From Octopus vulgaris (lineage: Eukaryota): 64,000 bases of DNA. Both the position numbers and the translations under genes were made by a program. Every line of letters starts with the position of its first letter. The stretch's first letter is position 1. The notes below the pieces were generated by a model, which made no database searches, had not been told where the DNA came from, and saw nothing but the letters and a program-made list of their open reading frames with translations. The DNA lies in NCBI GenBank assembly GCA_951406725.2, contig OX597815.1:203484001-203548000 (forward strand), given 5' to 3'. This document shows positions 1-13,868 of the stretch, one piece after another.

Positions 1-249
1 AGTTCAATTTGTTGCAGGCTTTAAAGCCAGGTTTCCAGTTTGAGAAAAACTTCCCCCACTCCTCCTTTCAGTTTTAATGGCCCTGAAGAGTCATGACCAT
101 TGTCCCTCTTACACTGACTAAACTTCCTCCTGCCTTTTTTTTTTTTAAACTGGTTTCAGTCATTGGATTGCAGCCATGCTAGGGCAATATCTTTGAATGT
201 TTACTTAATCAAAGCAACCCCAATATTTATTTTAAAATTTGGTACAATG

Positions 250-586
250 GAAATTGTAGCTGTGATACCAGTGCCGGTGGCATGTAAGAGAACCATCCGA
301 ACGTGGCCATTGCCAGCGCCGCCCCGACTGGCCTCCGTGCCAGTGGCACGTAAAAAGCACCATCCGATCGTGGCCGTTTGCCAGCCTCGTCTGGCACCTG
401 TGCAGGTGGCATGTAAAAAGCACCCACTACACTCATGGAGTGGTTGGCGTTAGGAAGGGCATCCAGCTGTAGAAACACTGCCAGATCAGACTGGGCCTGG
501 CACAGCCTTCTGGCTTCCCAGACCCCCAGTTGAACCGTCCAACCCATGCTAGCCTGGAAAACGGACATTAAACGATGATGATGATG
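250..586 (+). mobile_element. 3' part of an RTE-related SINE/retroposon with (GAT)n tail
   Basis: Repeated GTGGCA(C/T)GTAAAAAGCACC units, GGTTGGCGTTAGGAAGGGCATCCAGCTGTAGAAAC and a GATGATGATG end. Reverse-strand relatives at ~7150-7340 and 7860-7942. Confidence 0.7.
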
Positions 587-896
587 CACTTTATTTCTTT
601 CTGTCAAACTAAGTTAGATAGACATAAACCAAAACCAGTCATCAACCAGTGAGAAACAAATATAGAATGAGCTCTTGTACTGATTTTGTCTACCAAATCC
701 ACTTGCAAATTACTGGTCAGCCTATGGCTATCATAGAAGACACTTGTCCAAGGTGCCACTCAGATGGACAGAACCCAAAACCATGTGGTTGCAAAACAAA
801 CGTCTTAACCATACCTACTTAAAAAGTTACCAATGCTCGTTTTAAAGAGATTATCTAAAACTGAAGCTATGTTTTGCAATAGTTATATACAACATT

Positions 897-1205
897 GTGG
901 AGGCGCAATGGCCTAGCGGTTAGGGCAGCGGACTCACGGTTGTAGGATCGCGGTTTCGATTCCCAGACCGGGCGTTGTGAGTTTATTGAGCGAAAACACC
1001 TAAAGCTCCACGAAGCTCCGGCAGGGGGAGGTGGCGATCCCTGCTGTACTCTTTCGCCACAACTTTCTCCCACTCTTTCTTCTGTTGGCCTGCTCGCTTA
1101 GCCAGCGGGGTGGCGTCATTTGAAGGCTAAAACAATGCAAAGCGCATTGTGACCAGCGATGTGTAGCAACATCTGATAGCCTGGTCGGTCACGGTGATCA
1201 CGGTG
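897..1205 (+). mobile_element. Arg-tRNA-derived SINE (octopus OR-type head)
   Basis: tRNA-like head GGAGGCGCAATGGCCTAGCGGTTAGGGCAGCGGAC...GGTTTCGATTCCC with A/B boxes. 12-bp TSD ATATACAACATT at 885-896 and 1206-1217. Confidence 0.85.
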
Positions 1206-1630
1206 ATATACAACATTAGCATTTCCAATTCACAGCAATATAATCGTTTTGTTGTGGAAAACAATGGGAGAAGACAACCAGCAAATTGTGTACGAGAACG
1301 GAGATAAGAAATACGTGGTTTCCGAATCTATACTAAATGGATAAAGCATCATGTAGCACAGCACAACAGGATATAGGTTACAAAGTTACATAACACAAAT
1401 ACAAATTCTGAACTAATGTTCAAGTCTCTACATTATTAGCTGACCTGCTAGAAATAGTAACCAAATTTCCTTCCCTAAAATAACACCCTTATCTACTGAT
1501 AAAGCAGACCCAGATAGATATCCTGGGTGTAAAATGAAAGATGAGGTGATCATAACCAGAATAGATTTTATCAGAGCCCTGCTAATTGAGAGCCAGCCTG
1601 GCATTAAACAACAATATAATAAAAATATAA

Positions 1631-2005
1631 TCTTTATATATAAAAGAGAGGTTGTGTGCTGTCTGTCTCCTATGATTTAGATTCCTAATTGCTCCCACAT
1701 TTTGCGGTGCAGTTTAACCAAAACCGGGTATCTTATAGTCGTGATTCATATCGAGCCCTACGGTGAGTCTATGATTTAAAAAAAAATTACCATCAATTTT
1801 TCCCATTTTTAATGCATTTTTGGCATATATAAGGGAAGTAGCTCTCAAAAAAATTATTATTAAATCTCAGAACGTAAAAAGCTACAGTAACACTCCCCCC
1901 TTTGTGGTTAGCCATATTGAGATGGCTATTATACTTTACATCTCTAAAAATGCTTATATAGTTATTTCCCTTACAAACCCGAGCAACGCCGGGCGATACT
2001 GCTAG
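1631..2005 (+). mobile_element. Non-autonomous Helitron, family 1
   Basis: Starts TC, ends CTAG, sits between host A and T with no TSD, subterminal hairpin CCCGAGCAACGCCGGG. Two more copies in the window. Confidence 0.85.
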
Positions 2006-2569
2006 TAATAAATAAAAGACAGGACATCTAAATGTAGATCAGGCATGTCAAACTCATTTGATTCATCAGGCCACACTGAAGCAGAAGCTAGATCCTGTGG
2101 GTCAGATAGAGAAAATTACTAAAACACATTCATAGTCTACAGTAAAGTAAATAGGTAAAGGGGTCAATATACATTAAAACTACTTTATTAACAAAGTTAA
2201 CACAACACTTCTTGGCATCTACCTGTAAGATCCTACAAAAAGTTATGCTGGTCTCTTCTTTTAAAGGAATTCCATATAAAGGCTTTCTGGTAATGTTTCT
2301 AACTAATGTGAGTGCCTTTGATCAAGGGCCCACTCAATCTGCGTTGAAGTGAAAGGCTAGGAAATGAGGCCAACAACTTGCTACATTAATAAAGGTTTAA
2401 TATTGATATCATGACTAATAAACAAAACAGAAACACAAATAACAGTAACAAGAGAAAGAGAGAAATTAACAGGTATGTAGAGAAAAAAAAAGAAACTCAT
2501 TTAGCTAACTCACCTACTTTGTCATAATCAGCAAGAATATTTATTTAGAGAATTACATAACTTACTCAC

Positions 2570-2723
2570 AAGACATTTTTAGCCAACAAAAGACCTAAAA
2601 AGAATCATCTATCACCACATGCCAGTTACCTGAGGAATTACTTTTGTTTAGGTTACAGAGATCAAATTACTAAAACACAAATGCTGCTGCCACAAGCACT
2701 GAAGGAATAATACTAATAGGAAC
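2570..2723 (-). other. Probable exon 2 of a minus-strand gene (5' UTR plus start codon, ATG TCT T)
   Basis: Minus strand: poly-T tract then GTAG| acceptor before 2723. Ends GGCTAAAAATGTCTT|GTGAGTAAG, with ATG at 2576-2574 (A at -3) and a phase-1 donor. Unique sequence. The rest of the gene would lie toward or beyond the left edge. Confidence 0.55.
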
Positions 2724-4195
2724 CTACAAAAAAAAAAGTATGAACACCTAGAGATAATGATGTTTATTCCCAAGTAGGCACTAGAATAGTACATCTAAGG
2801 CCAAAGAACTTCCAGCTACAACCAACCTGTTTTTGTTTTTTTGTTTTCATTTTTCTGTTCTCTACACTTCACTATCCAATGTACCAACATTTTCAAGACA
2901 GTAATGTGTGATTTTAGTAAGATTTGTCAGAGACACCTTCATCAACTCAATGTTTTATGTGGTGCAATGACATAGTGAAGAATGTGCTTTCTAAATTCAA
3001 AAAAACCCTTAAGAAAGAAGGTATGCAGCTTCTAGAATTATATATAAACACAGAGACAGCTTCTACACGGCTGGTTGCCTAATTAGAAACAGCAGCCACT
3101 CTTCTCTAAAATAACACTACCAGTCTTTAAAAATTAAAAAAAAAAAACACTTTATACAATACAGTTAAAAATTGTTTGAATAAAAGACATGAACATCATA
3201 GCTAGAGTGTCTGTGATCAGGGTTGACCTGGGCTAAAAACAACAACCCACCTGCTATGGTTCATTTCTCTCAGAAACTCGGGTCATTTGACATTACTCTT
3301 GGAAACTTTTGCAAATAGAAAAAGCAAACGTTATGTAGCCCTAGTTCTGCCATGACTCCATAGATCACTGATCAAATCCGTCCAGTAGTAAACATTGCAA
3401 AAGCTCATCACAGATACACTGTCTCTGTTAAAGATGGAATAATCTCAGGGATAGATGTGTGGTTACCAAGTTTGTTTTGCAACAAGTTTCAGGTTCATTT
3501 CCACAGTGTGATACATTGGTCAAGTGTCCTTTGACATATCCCCAGGCTGACCACTACTGTGAGAGTGGAATTGGCAGACTGAAACAGGGGAAGCCTGCTG
3601 TGCATGTACAAGTGAGGATAGATGGATAGAGATAGGTACACACACACACACACACACATGTATCTATCAGTCTTCATTAACACTTCCTGAACAAAAGAAT
3701 GGTGTGTTTGCATTCTCTAATAAGCAAAAATAGTTTTAGTGGCTTCATTGCTTTTAAATGTGTGAGGACCAGTAGAATAAAGAAACATTACTTAAAATAC
3801 CCACTGGTTGTCAAGCAGATAGAAAACAAAAACAAAAAACTACAAAGGTACACACACACACACACACAATAGGCTTCTTTCAGTTTCCATCAACGAAATC
3901 AATTCACAAGGCTTTGGTTAACCAGGGACTATGGAAGAGAATTACCTAAGGTGCCACGTAGTGGGACTGAACCCAAAATCACATAGCTGGGAAGCAATTT
4001 TCTTATTTAGCTATCCCTACACCTATAGATTAAGACAGAATCGTTTTAGAAAATAAACCTGCAATGTATGTACAGAGGTGTCACACTGAAGTTTCTCCCT
4101 TGATTTCCATAAGCTTGTACAAAAGTCTGACTTTATAGCAATTTGAAAAATATAGATTATCCATTAAAATATAGGAAAGTAGAAAATATCTTTAA

Positions 4196-4416
4196 CTCTT
4201 TAGCATTTAAACCGGCCATATCCGGCCAAAAGTATTCTGCCTGTTTTATGTTCAAACTGGCCAGATCTGGTCTCTCACACCAGCCCCACAATATCGTTTT
4301 AAAAATTAACAGCTACCTCGTCAAAATCTCATAGCCACAAGATAATGCATGATTAGTTCAAGGCAATGTAGATAAAAAAGGATTAATTTTGGCAGAATAA
4401 TGCAAACACTAAAGGG
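4196..4416. mobile_element. piggyBac-type MITE
   Basis: TTAA on both sides (4192-4195, 4417-4420). Imperfect TIRs CTCTTTAGCATTT / AAACACTAAAGGG. Confidence 0.8.
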
Positions 4417-5450
4417 TTAAACACATTTTAATGTAATATCACACATAACATAAATCCAGGGTCTTTAACATTTTAGCTTTAATGTGCAGCTTGGTTAATG
4501 CATCTGCTGTGCAGTCATGTGTACCTTAGTTTCAGAAGTGGTGAACCACATTTCTGCATATTATAAGAGGTAACTACAACAGTTGGTAATAGAAAGGATA
4601 TGTGGCTATAAAATCTATCCATTTTTACCACCCACTATTTGTGTGCACTGTAGCAGTAGATTCATAGATTCCTCGGGCACCAACTTACACAGTATCCCAT
4701 CAGAAACAATCAATAAACTTTCCTGCAGAATTCCTAAACATGAGTGAGACCATGGTTGTTATCCAACCATATCATTTGTGGTCTACCCCCAGATCTACTA
4801 CCAGTTAGTTTAAACTGAAGAATCTATATTTATTTCCATGCTGACATAAACTGAATTTATAACAACATGAAAAATTGGACATACGATGACAATGACAATC
4901 ATACACTAAATGTAAAACCCAGAATTTAGTGAAGGTCAGTAACAAAGGTAACAGGAAATTTATGTTTGGTGAACTTACTGATACCTAACAAACTCAGGAA
5001 ATAATCTGCTGCTACTACAACTCCCCAAACTCACTGAACCATCACAAGTTGTTTGTTGACCTTTTGACCAGCAACTGCAGTGACTCTAGCTCAAATTTTT
5101 TTTTTCTTCTTCTTCCCCTCTGAATTTATCAGTGGCAGTGATAAAATAAGGCTTTGTCATTCCATCAATAATAAATGATGCAGAAGCTAAAATCCAAACA
5201 CAGAAAACATCAACAAGGAGAAAGCTTTAATTTCACTTGTTAGATATAGCAGCAAAATCCCCTGAAATCTCATCCTGCTCTCTTAAAATGGAGGAGCACA
5301 ATAAAGACTACAGTTCTGGATGCACATTGCTTGAACAGATACAAATGACTACAGCTAAAATGGTTTTGCTCATAGGTCTGCACTATCAAACCTGGTGCTA
5401 AATAAGTATGCAAAACCAAAATAAGTGGCTTTTATATGGTCATCCAAGTG

Positions 5451-5778
5451 AAGTTAAGTTAAGTTAATTTTTTGGCTCAAAAAGCAAAAAGCAAGGCCAT
5501 GTAGGGGGACATGGAGTTATGTACAGGGAGGGTGTTCATGCAAAGAGTTCAGGCCATTTCTGGTCAAGAGAGACTTTGAACCGAGCGGTCGTTGGAATCT
5601 TCACTATCTCGTCCAGCAGCTTATTCCACAGATCTGCAACCCGGACGGAGAAAGCCCCTCTCCTTCTATTGAGATGAAATCGTCACAGATAGAGCTTTTC
5701 GGAGTGACCCCGCAGCCAACGCTCTGGAGCAGGAGTGAAGAACAGCTCTTTCGAGAGGTTACACTTTCCGCTTATGAT
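5451..5778 (-). mobile_element. CR1-like LINE 3' fragment
   Basis: Reverse complement of 8766-9078. Encodes an RT C-terminus (RLRGHSEKLY..FSVRVADLWNKL) plus a 3' UTR with short tandem tail. Confidence 0.8.
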
Positions 5779-5949
5779 GTGGCTGGTAACAGAAAATTCT
5801 CATACTGTCTTGCAAAAGAGGACGCATAGGATACTGCAGAAAAAGATATCAGCATTCATTTATCATTTTAAATGTCACCTACTTGTTGATATCACTTGAC
5901 AAAAGGTAACTACAAACTGCTTACGTGTAGTTTGAAAGGAAGGTTTAAC

Positions 5950-6280
5950 AAAGTCAAATGACTTTGAAAGATTTAGGCCAGCAAAGGAGAGTTGCAGTCA
6001 TACAAGAAGCTTAACAGACAGCAGAAGCTGAATTGAATGCAGGTTGAGAAGAAACATCTTGAAATGGAATGTTGGTGGAGAAACAAGGAAAACACCTTTC
6101 TACTGAAGAATTAACAAATTTGGCAAAACACTAGAATGCCAAAAGAAAAGAGAAAGACGAAGATGTTGAGATGATGAAAAACTGGTGCCCTTTATCAATT
6201 TCCTGCTAATGTAAACTGATGAGTGCTGCAATATCAATCATGGCTAGAATTGAAATCAGCTTGTAAAGAGGAGTTTAAAT
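5950..6280 (+). mobile_element. Possible decayed pogo/Tigger transposase C-terminal fragment
   Basis: Broken acidic, purine-rich frame (LSTEELTNL..EKDEDVE) resembling Tigger C-termini. Confidence 0.3.
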
Positions 6281-7439
6281 GAAGCCTAAGTACTTAATGA
6301 AATTCTTAAGAAATCGAAAACCACAACAAACTTTAGCTTCATGTTTCAGGAATGTTCAGAAATTTAATTTAGTTTGTCATTGTACAACCAAAGTTGTATC
6401 TAGCCCCACAGTTCCCTCCCCCTCTTTCGGAGAGGCACTGAGCAGCTATACGCACACATACACACATGGCAGTAACTTCCACCTACCGAATTCAATCACA
6501 AAGCTTCAGTCGACTCAGGGCTATAACGGAAGACACCTACCCAAAGTGCCACGCAGTGGGACTGAACCCGAAACCATGTAGTTGGGCAGCAAGCTCCCTA
6601 ACCACACAGAATGAGATAAACAAGTGTATTTGCAATTTTTATGGCAGCATGAACTTCTAAACAAAATCAGAAGTACACAGTATATTCACATAATTTGTTT
6701 TAGTAATTCAGGTAGTATTTTATTAGGTTATTTATTTCATACAATAAAACAAATTAATATCATATTTATTAGTAAACAATATATGGAAACCACTATCTCA
6801 CTTTATTGAGAGCATTAGTAATAATGTCAAACAATGTTTTTATAAGTGTCATTTTGGTTAGTCTGTCCATTTTACTTTAGTAGGAAAGAAAAAAATCTAC
6901 TCCATGATCAGATACTTCAGAGACTACTTAGGATTGGAAGTTTATGATCTTTGACTATCAAATAAACATTCTGAGGATTAGCAGGCCAAAACTTCGAAGC
7001 CATTGTCACTTGTAAATAAATATGTACTCTACAAAAAGTACCCATACATGCATGGAAGTCAGGGGTTAAACAATTATGAAGATGATGACTTTATATATAT
7101 ATAGGGACACCCTTTCGATCATGAATGACCATGGGTGGGTGGGAGATAGATATCACCATCATCATTGAGCATCCATTGTCCATTCTGGCATGGGTTGGAC
7201 TGTTTGACTACAGGTGGCAAGTTGGGGAGCTACACTAGACTCCAGTCTGAATTTGGCATGGTTTCTATGGCTCGATGCCCTTCCTAATGCCAACCACTTT
7301 ACAGTTTTTATTTTGGGCGCTTTTACATGGTACTGCCACAAGTGCTTTTTACACGGCAGCATCCCAGGATTCTTGCAGGTCAATGTTCACTACCGAGGAA
7401 ACTGGTCTTAACACTTCTGCAGCGGAATACAGGTCATCT

Positions 7440-7725
7440 TGAGTACATTAAGGCAGCTCTGTCCTTTCTCATCTCACCTGAAAAGTTCAGCATCTTGAGG
7501 TCGTCCATCAGCACTTCATCCCATGTCTATCTAGCTCACCCACTTCCACATGTTCCATCTACTTTGAGAGATCAGCACTTATTTATGGAGCTGTTGGCAT
7601 CCATCCACATCACATGAACTAAACAGTGCAGTCTGCTCTCTTTCACACAGCAACTAATTCCTCTTATGCCTAACTTCTCTGTAAAAGCCCTAGCACTGTC
7701 AAGCATGTACACTTACATTACACAT
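7440..7725 (-). mobile_element. RTE-clade LINE 3' fragment
   Basis: Decayed minus frame RLHCLVHVMWMD..KC*SLKVDGTCG..TWDEVLMDDLKML, typical of an RTE ORF end. Confidence 0.6.
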
Positions 7726-8020
7726 TCAATATATATATATATATATATATAAACTGAAACACGAAAGAAATGTCACACACATACTAAACAGAAACCAGTT
7801 TATTAACAAACTGCAATAGCACTGATTGAAGAATGCTAATTAAGAAACCGTTCTTTCATCAGGCTCCAGTCTTATCTGGCAATGTTTCTACAGCTGGATG
7901 CTCTTCCTAACGCCAACCACTCCGTGAGTGTAGTGGGTGCTTTCCTAATGATAAAATGTCATTTCCTGAAACGTGTTTGACATCACATGATGACAGTGTC
8001 CTGGATCCAAAGAGATGAAC

Positions 8021-8530
8021 TCAATATCTCAAGTGACCACCATTAGCATTGGTTACTACCAGGCATCTTCTGTACATTGAATGCACCAAACAATTGGTGA
8101 AGGCCACGAGTATAGCAGCGCAGACTGTTAAAACTTGCAGTTGAGTTGTGTTGCTGTTGTCGGCCTTGGACAGATGTCGTTTAGCCTTCTTTGGATTCTG
8201 TCCCACAGGTGTTCTATGGGGTTCAAGTCTGGACATCGGGCAGGCCATGGCAATGTCTGGGTATTGTGTTATCGGAGGAAGTCTGTTGTCAATCTGGCAG
8301 TATGGGCACGGGCATTGTCGTGTTGGAACACTATTCCAATGACGGGCAAAGTATGACACAATGTGAGACCTCAACACTTGGTCAATGTAGCAAGTAACAG
8401 TTACTCCATTGCCCCAGCCTTGGCCAATGTTTTGGAAGACCACTGGTTCAAGTTTCTGGTCAAGTGCAATCTTGCCCCATACCATGATGCTCTGTCCTCC
8501 CCATGAGTCTCCACCACACATTTCATTCAT
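8021..8530 (-). mobile_element. Tc1-like transposase remnant
   Basis: GGQSIMVWG motif, frameshifted QDNARAH and CPDLNPIEHLW segments, C-terminal SMYRRCLVVTNANGGHLRY. Confidence 0.85.
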
Positions 8531-8596
8531 TCCCCTCTCATTTGTTTACGTATTTCATGTTACACCGTTGATGACATCCTGCACCCTTATATGCAT

Positions 8597-8638
<42 letters not shown>

Positions 8639-8765
8639 GCGTGCATGTGTATAGACGTGTAGCTTATTAAGATGCTGCACTCCTGATTATAAGATTGTGG
8701 TTTCAATTTCTGGACCAGGCAATGTGTTGTGTTCTTAAGCATAACACTTCTCATTGTTGCTCACA

Positions 8766-9078
8766 ACATCATAAGCGGAAAGTGTAACCTCTCAAAAGAG
8801 CTGTTCTTCACTCCTGCTCTAGAGCGTCGGCTGTGGGGTCACTCCGAAAAGCTCTATCTGGGACGATTTAATTTCAATCGAAGGAGAGGGGCTTTCTCCG
8901 TCCGGGTTGCGGATCCATGGAATAAGCTGCAAGACGAGATAGTGAAAATGCCGACGACCACTCGGTTCAAAGTCTCTCTTGACCAAAACTGGCCTGAACT
9001 CTTTGCATGAACACCCTCCCTGTACATTACTCCATGTCCCCCTACATGGCCTTGTTTTTTGCGCCAAAAAATTAACTG
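8766..9078 (+). mobile_element. CR1-like LINE 3' fragment
   Basis: ORF 8729-9010 contains RLWGHSEKLY...FSVRVADPWNKLQDEIV...FKVSLD. Confidence 0.8.
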
Positions 9079-9231
9079 CATTTCACATTGGTCCAGTCCA
9101 CTCAGCTGATCAAAATGAGTAATCTTCCAATGAACTGGCATTCCATCCAGGAGGGGAATATATAGGCACAGCATCAAAGAAACCTACCTTATGAGCCTGT
9201 GGCTCAGGATGGACCTTTGATCCCCTTTTTG

Positions 9232-9273
<42 letters not shown>

Positions 9274-9362
9274 GCAATCATTTTTATAGTCTGGTCTTGT
9301 GTGTGTGTGTATATATATATACATATATATACACAAGACCAGACTAGAAAAATGATCGCATA

Positions 9363-9411
<49 letters not shown>

Positions 9412-9765
9412 ATGTGTGTATGTATAATATATATGCAATTGTTGTTCTTTAGCCACAGGTCTATCGTAATCAAGAAGAGCTGTTAGCAAAGGCATTCCAG
9501 TCGTTACCATCGCGTCACATTATTTTATGTGTCCTTCTTTCCTTGAAGTGTTAGAATGTGATTTTATGTAGCAGGTAACCACATAGAGGATATTTTATAT
9601 ATTAGTACAAGATGGTTGTGTGCCTTTAAATTACACAAGGGAACGTTGCTATTTGATCAATAAAATTTCATCAAATAAGTCTAATCAAATAAAATCACTT
9701 GCTGGCAATACCTTAATATGGCCGCAATCCAATGACTGAAACTTGTAAAGAAAACTTATACAGTA

Positions 9766-10135
9766 TAGGCGTAGGAGTGGCTGTGTTGTATGTAGCTTGC
9801 TTACCAATCACATGGTTCTAGGTTCACTCCCACTGCGTGGCATCTTGAGCAAGTATCTTCTACTATAGCCTCGGGCTGATCAAAGCCTTGTGAGTGGATT
9901 TGGTAGACGGAAACTGAAAGAAGCCCGTTGTATATATATGTGTGTGTGTGTGTCCAACATCGCTTGACAACCGATGCTGGTGTGTTTACGTTAACGTAAC
10001 TTAGCGGTTCGGCAAAAGTGACCGATAGAATAAGTACTAAGCTTACAAAGAATAAGTCCTGAGGTCGATTTGCTCTACCAAAGGCGGTGCTCCAGCATGA
10101 CCACAGTCAAATGACTGAAACAAGTAAAAGAGTAT
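9766..10135 (+). mobile_element. tRNA-derived SINE, family A (internal TA/TG microsatellite, AAAAGAGT tail)
   Basis: Head AGGCGTAGGAGTGGCTGTG..GGTTCA(G/C)TCCCACTGCGTGGC, shared body and tail. About 20 full, partial or decayed copies in the window. Confidence 0.9.
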
Positions 10136-10477
10136 TCTTTGAAAGAAATTACTAACGTTAAGTGGTTTCCATACGATTGATGGATACAGACGGACAAGAA
10201 GCGCGAAAGACATACAGTAGAATAGGTGTCCACTTTAAATTACACATGAATTCCACATGAACAGACATATCTGATACATGTTCTAATGGGACATGACAAT
10301 TTAGTGTCTCGACAACACAAAGACAGTCACTAAACATGCATAGCAAAATCTCAAAGTGACTACAACTGCGCGGCCGCACAGGCACTGGTGAATATATTTC
10401 TAGCAGATAGCACTAATCAAAAACTAGCTTCCTTTTCAGGACCGGAAAATCCTTCAGCTCATAGCAGCTGCTGACGA

Positions 10478-10865
10478 TTTTACTCTTTTACTTGTTTCGG
10501 TCATTTGACTGCGGCCATGCTGGAGCACCGCCTTTAGTCGAGCAAATCAACCCCGGAACTTATTCTTTGTAAGCCCAGTACTTATTCTATCAGTCTCTTT
10601 TGCCAAACCACTAAGTGACGGGGACGTAAACACACCAGCATCGGTTGTCAAGCAATGCTAGGGGGACAAACACACACACATATATATATGTATATATATA
10701 CATATATACGACAGGTTCTTTCAGTTTCCGTCTACCAAATCCACTCACAAGGCATTGGTCGGCCCGGGGCTATAGCAGAAGACACTTGCCCAAGGTGCCA
10801 CGCAGTGGGACTGAACCCGGAACCATGTGGTTGGTTAGCAAGCTACTTACCACACAGCCACTCTT
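10478..10865 (-). mobile_element. SINE family A
   Basis: Near full-length reverse complement of 9766-10135. Confidence 0.9.
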
Positions 10866-11442
10866 TACTAAATTCAAATAACACCCAATATAAACAAGTG
10901 TTCTTAACACTTAAGACAAATGCTACATCCACAGAAACATCCTAGACTGACTCCAAAGAAGGAAGAGAACCGACTGGTTGACAAACGCTAACCAGCAACG
11001 AACAACCTGTTGCTTCTTCAGATGTAGTGCTTTCCTCGCTCTACTTTACACAATGTTGGTATAATAATTTCTAGTTGTTTTCACTGGCTAATTGTATATC
11101 ATCTTCACCCATGCCTGTACTCCCGTAACACTTGTGTCTCACCCACCTAGCCCGCTAGTCTAAACACCGTTAACCACAAGTAATTCTTCCTTTATAATTC
11201 GTCAAACCCCGGGATTCTTTTCAGCCTTTTCATCCACCACCACCCATCCAACGTTTTGCCTGCAGGCAATGACTTCCAGATGATCAAACTGAACACAAAC
11301 CGTGTCGATCACATTCCTCTCAAAAGCCCTGCAAATTAATTACGCACTACCCATTCCTTCTGAGTTAAATGGACGGAGAATGATAAAATGATTGACAAAT
11401 GGAAACGAATACACTGACCAATAGAAAACAAACGACATGTAT

Positions 11443-11622
11443 ATATTTCTTTACTACCCACAAGGGGCTAAACACAGAGGGGACAAACAAGGACAGACAA
11501 ACGGATTAAGTCGATTATATCGACCCCAGTGCGTAACTGGTACTTAATTTATCGACCCCGAAAGGATGAAAGGCAAAGTCGACCTCAGCGGAATTTGAAC
11601 TCAGAACGTAACGGCAGACGAA
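11443..11622 (-). mobile_element. Nin-domain-type SINE (family C), 5'-truncated
   Basis: Reverse complement of GCCTTTCATCCTTTCGGGGTCGATAAATTAAGTACCAG core and of the 3' tail AAAGAAATA. Confidence 0.8.
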
Positions 11623-13868
11623 AAGTTTGTGGTTGCCCCCGACTATTTAAGTGACCAAATGATATTACACAGCTACTGGCAAGAGAAGTATATTGGCGTT
11701 GAAACTACCTGAGAAAGTTTATGGGCTCTAAGTTACTAATACATACCTGGTGTTTATAATATTTGTTAGAAATGAGAAAGGAGTGTTTAACTTATTATAG
11801 ATTCTTTTTTCCGATAAATGGTGACAAAATTCACAAACAATGACTCAGGACAGGTACGCGATATGACGATTAGCCACGTTTTGTCCAAGGTGAAGGTCAA
11901 CATTCCTTTGATTAAGGTAACAGCTCAGATAATGAAGGAAGTAATTTAAAATACTGATAAAAACAAAGTGTAATATATAAAAATTGACAGTTAACCTATG
12001 GCTACCAATATATTGTAAAGAAGCAATAAATAATTTTATATGAACACATATACATATTATATACACATACATACATATATATATATTCAAGTAGTGTAAA
12101 GAGAGGCTATTTTAAATTGGGAGTTATTTTCTCTAAAAAAATATTTTGCTTTGACAAATATATTATCAATACTAGGACCGATAAAATAAGTACCAGGTAT
12201 GTACTAAGGTATATTCAAAATTGTCGCCATGTTCTGACAAATGAGATATAAGAAATTATTAATATTATTACTATTATGCCCAACCCTGAGTAAATATTTG
12301 AATAGAATATCAACAAGATCAGGTAAGCAGTGCTAAGGAAATACTGACATACATATAAACAGGTTAGTTGACGAAACTAAATACTTAACGCACTTATTGC
12401 TTGTAAACTAAATACTTTCACACCAAACAGGAAAAAATACTTCTGGGGACGTATAATACAGGTGTGCGAACTTTTGATATGATTCAAAAATATATTAATT
12501 ACTCATAAACACAAGAGAAACTCACAATAAACTACTGCAGCGACAAAACTTGTTCTGATATTGTTTAGTCCCAGGTCAGCTCAGACCAGGCAGACTTTTG
12601 ACCAAGACATTGGCAGACCAGATTATCCTGCTCCCCAACCAGAGAAAAATAAAGCGTATCTAGCACTATATTATTTAGTGGGTTTTTTTAATAAGATTTG
12701 AGGAAGATTAAGCTGTTATTTCTAGAGACCTAATAGACCACCAAACAGTTGGCTTGGCAACGAAATTAACACTTCGACTAAATGACACATCTAGGATGCA
12801 TTATAAGAATACTAAATCGAACCGAGTACTTCACCGACCTCGGGAAGATTAAAAACAAAATCAACTTCAGAGGAATTTAAACTGAAGAAGTAGTAATCAA
12901 CCCTTAACTAATGTTAAAAACCTTTTGTCAAAACTGATGCGAGATTCATATATGTGGTGGTCACTTAACGAAAGAAATAGTTAAAAATTAAACTGTCAGT
13001 TTATATTAACGTTAAATCTATACTCTAAACAAATATAAACAAGCATTAGAATTTAAAATATTTGTTATAAAGAAAGAGAGACAGCTACATAAATATTGCT
13101 GTCCAACTGTCCATAGATTAAACGACCACATCAACAAAAACCGTGCCTTTGAATGGCTTATCTCATATTTCTTGACAACTAATGTTTGTTTTCTTCTCGG
13201 ACATTTTTAAAACTGCAATGAAATTTTCTAGACTAAAAAGAAAATAATTTTCCTCCAACTTGCCAAATAATAAAATTATAGTTTGTGCAAAGTGTCAAAT
13301 ACCTCAATAAGAAGTAGCTATCAAAAAAACTACAGGTTATAAGAAAACAGAAAAAGGGGGTGGAGAGACAATTTTTGTATGCCTCTACATAGGTAACACT
13401 AGTAACAGAAGCATTGATTTTTAACGCTGTAAAAGGTATTTTTTTATAGTTTATAACTCGATAATATTTGTTCCTTTTCTTGATCCTCTTTTTAAGTAAA
13501 AGATAACAGGGATATTACAGAGTGAAGAAGAGATTTGGAGACATTTTGAGTGACTATGCTGAAAAAAAAACAAAAAAACTCCCAACAAACCTTCCAGAAA
13601 GGACCTGATTGTCTACATAGCAGCAAACTATCCCCTATTTAAATAATTGCTACAGAGAAAAATGAACTGGAATAACTTCGATGGGAAGAACTAGGGTACT
13701 AGATACTACAAAATACATTGGATAGATACGTGACATACATTCATTCGACAAGTGACTATTTTATGTTTAAAAGAAATAAACAAATTTTCGTTTAACAAAG
13801 AATTATATACATTATATACACACAAACAGTGAACTCGTACACGCGACATAAGAATTATATTTACTCAC

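Noticed and set aside
897-970. tRNA gene
   Set aside because: The tRNA-like head continues into a SINE body with a TSD and lacks a proper acceptor stem. The same applies to all SINE heads here.
10645-10945. Recurring ORFs RRHLPKVPRSGTEP / EDTCPRCHAVGLNPEPCGW
   Set aside because: Antisense translations of SINE family A.
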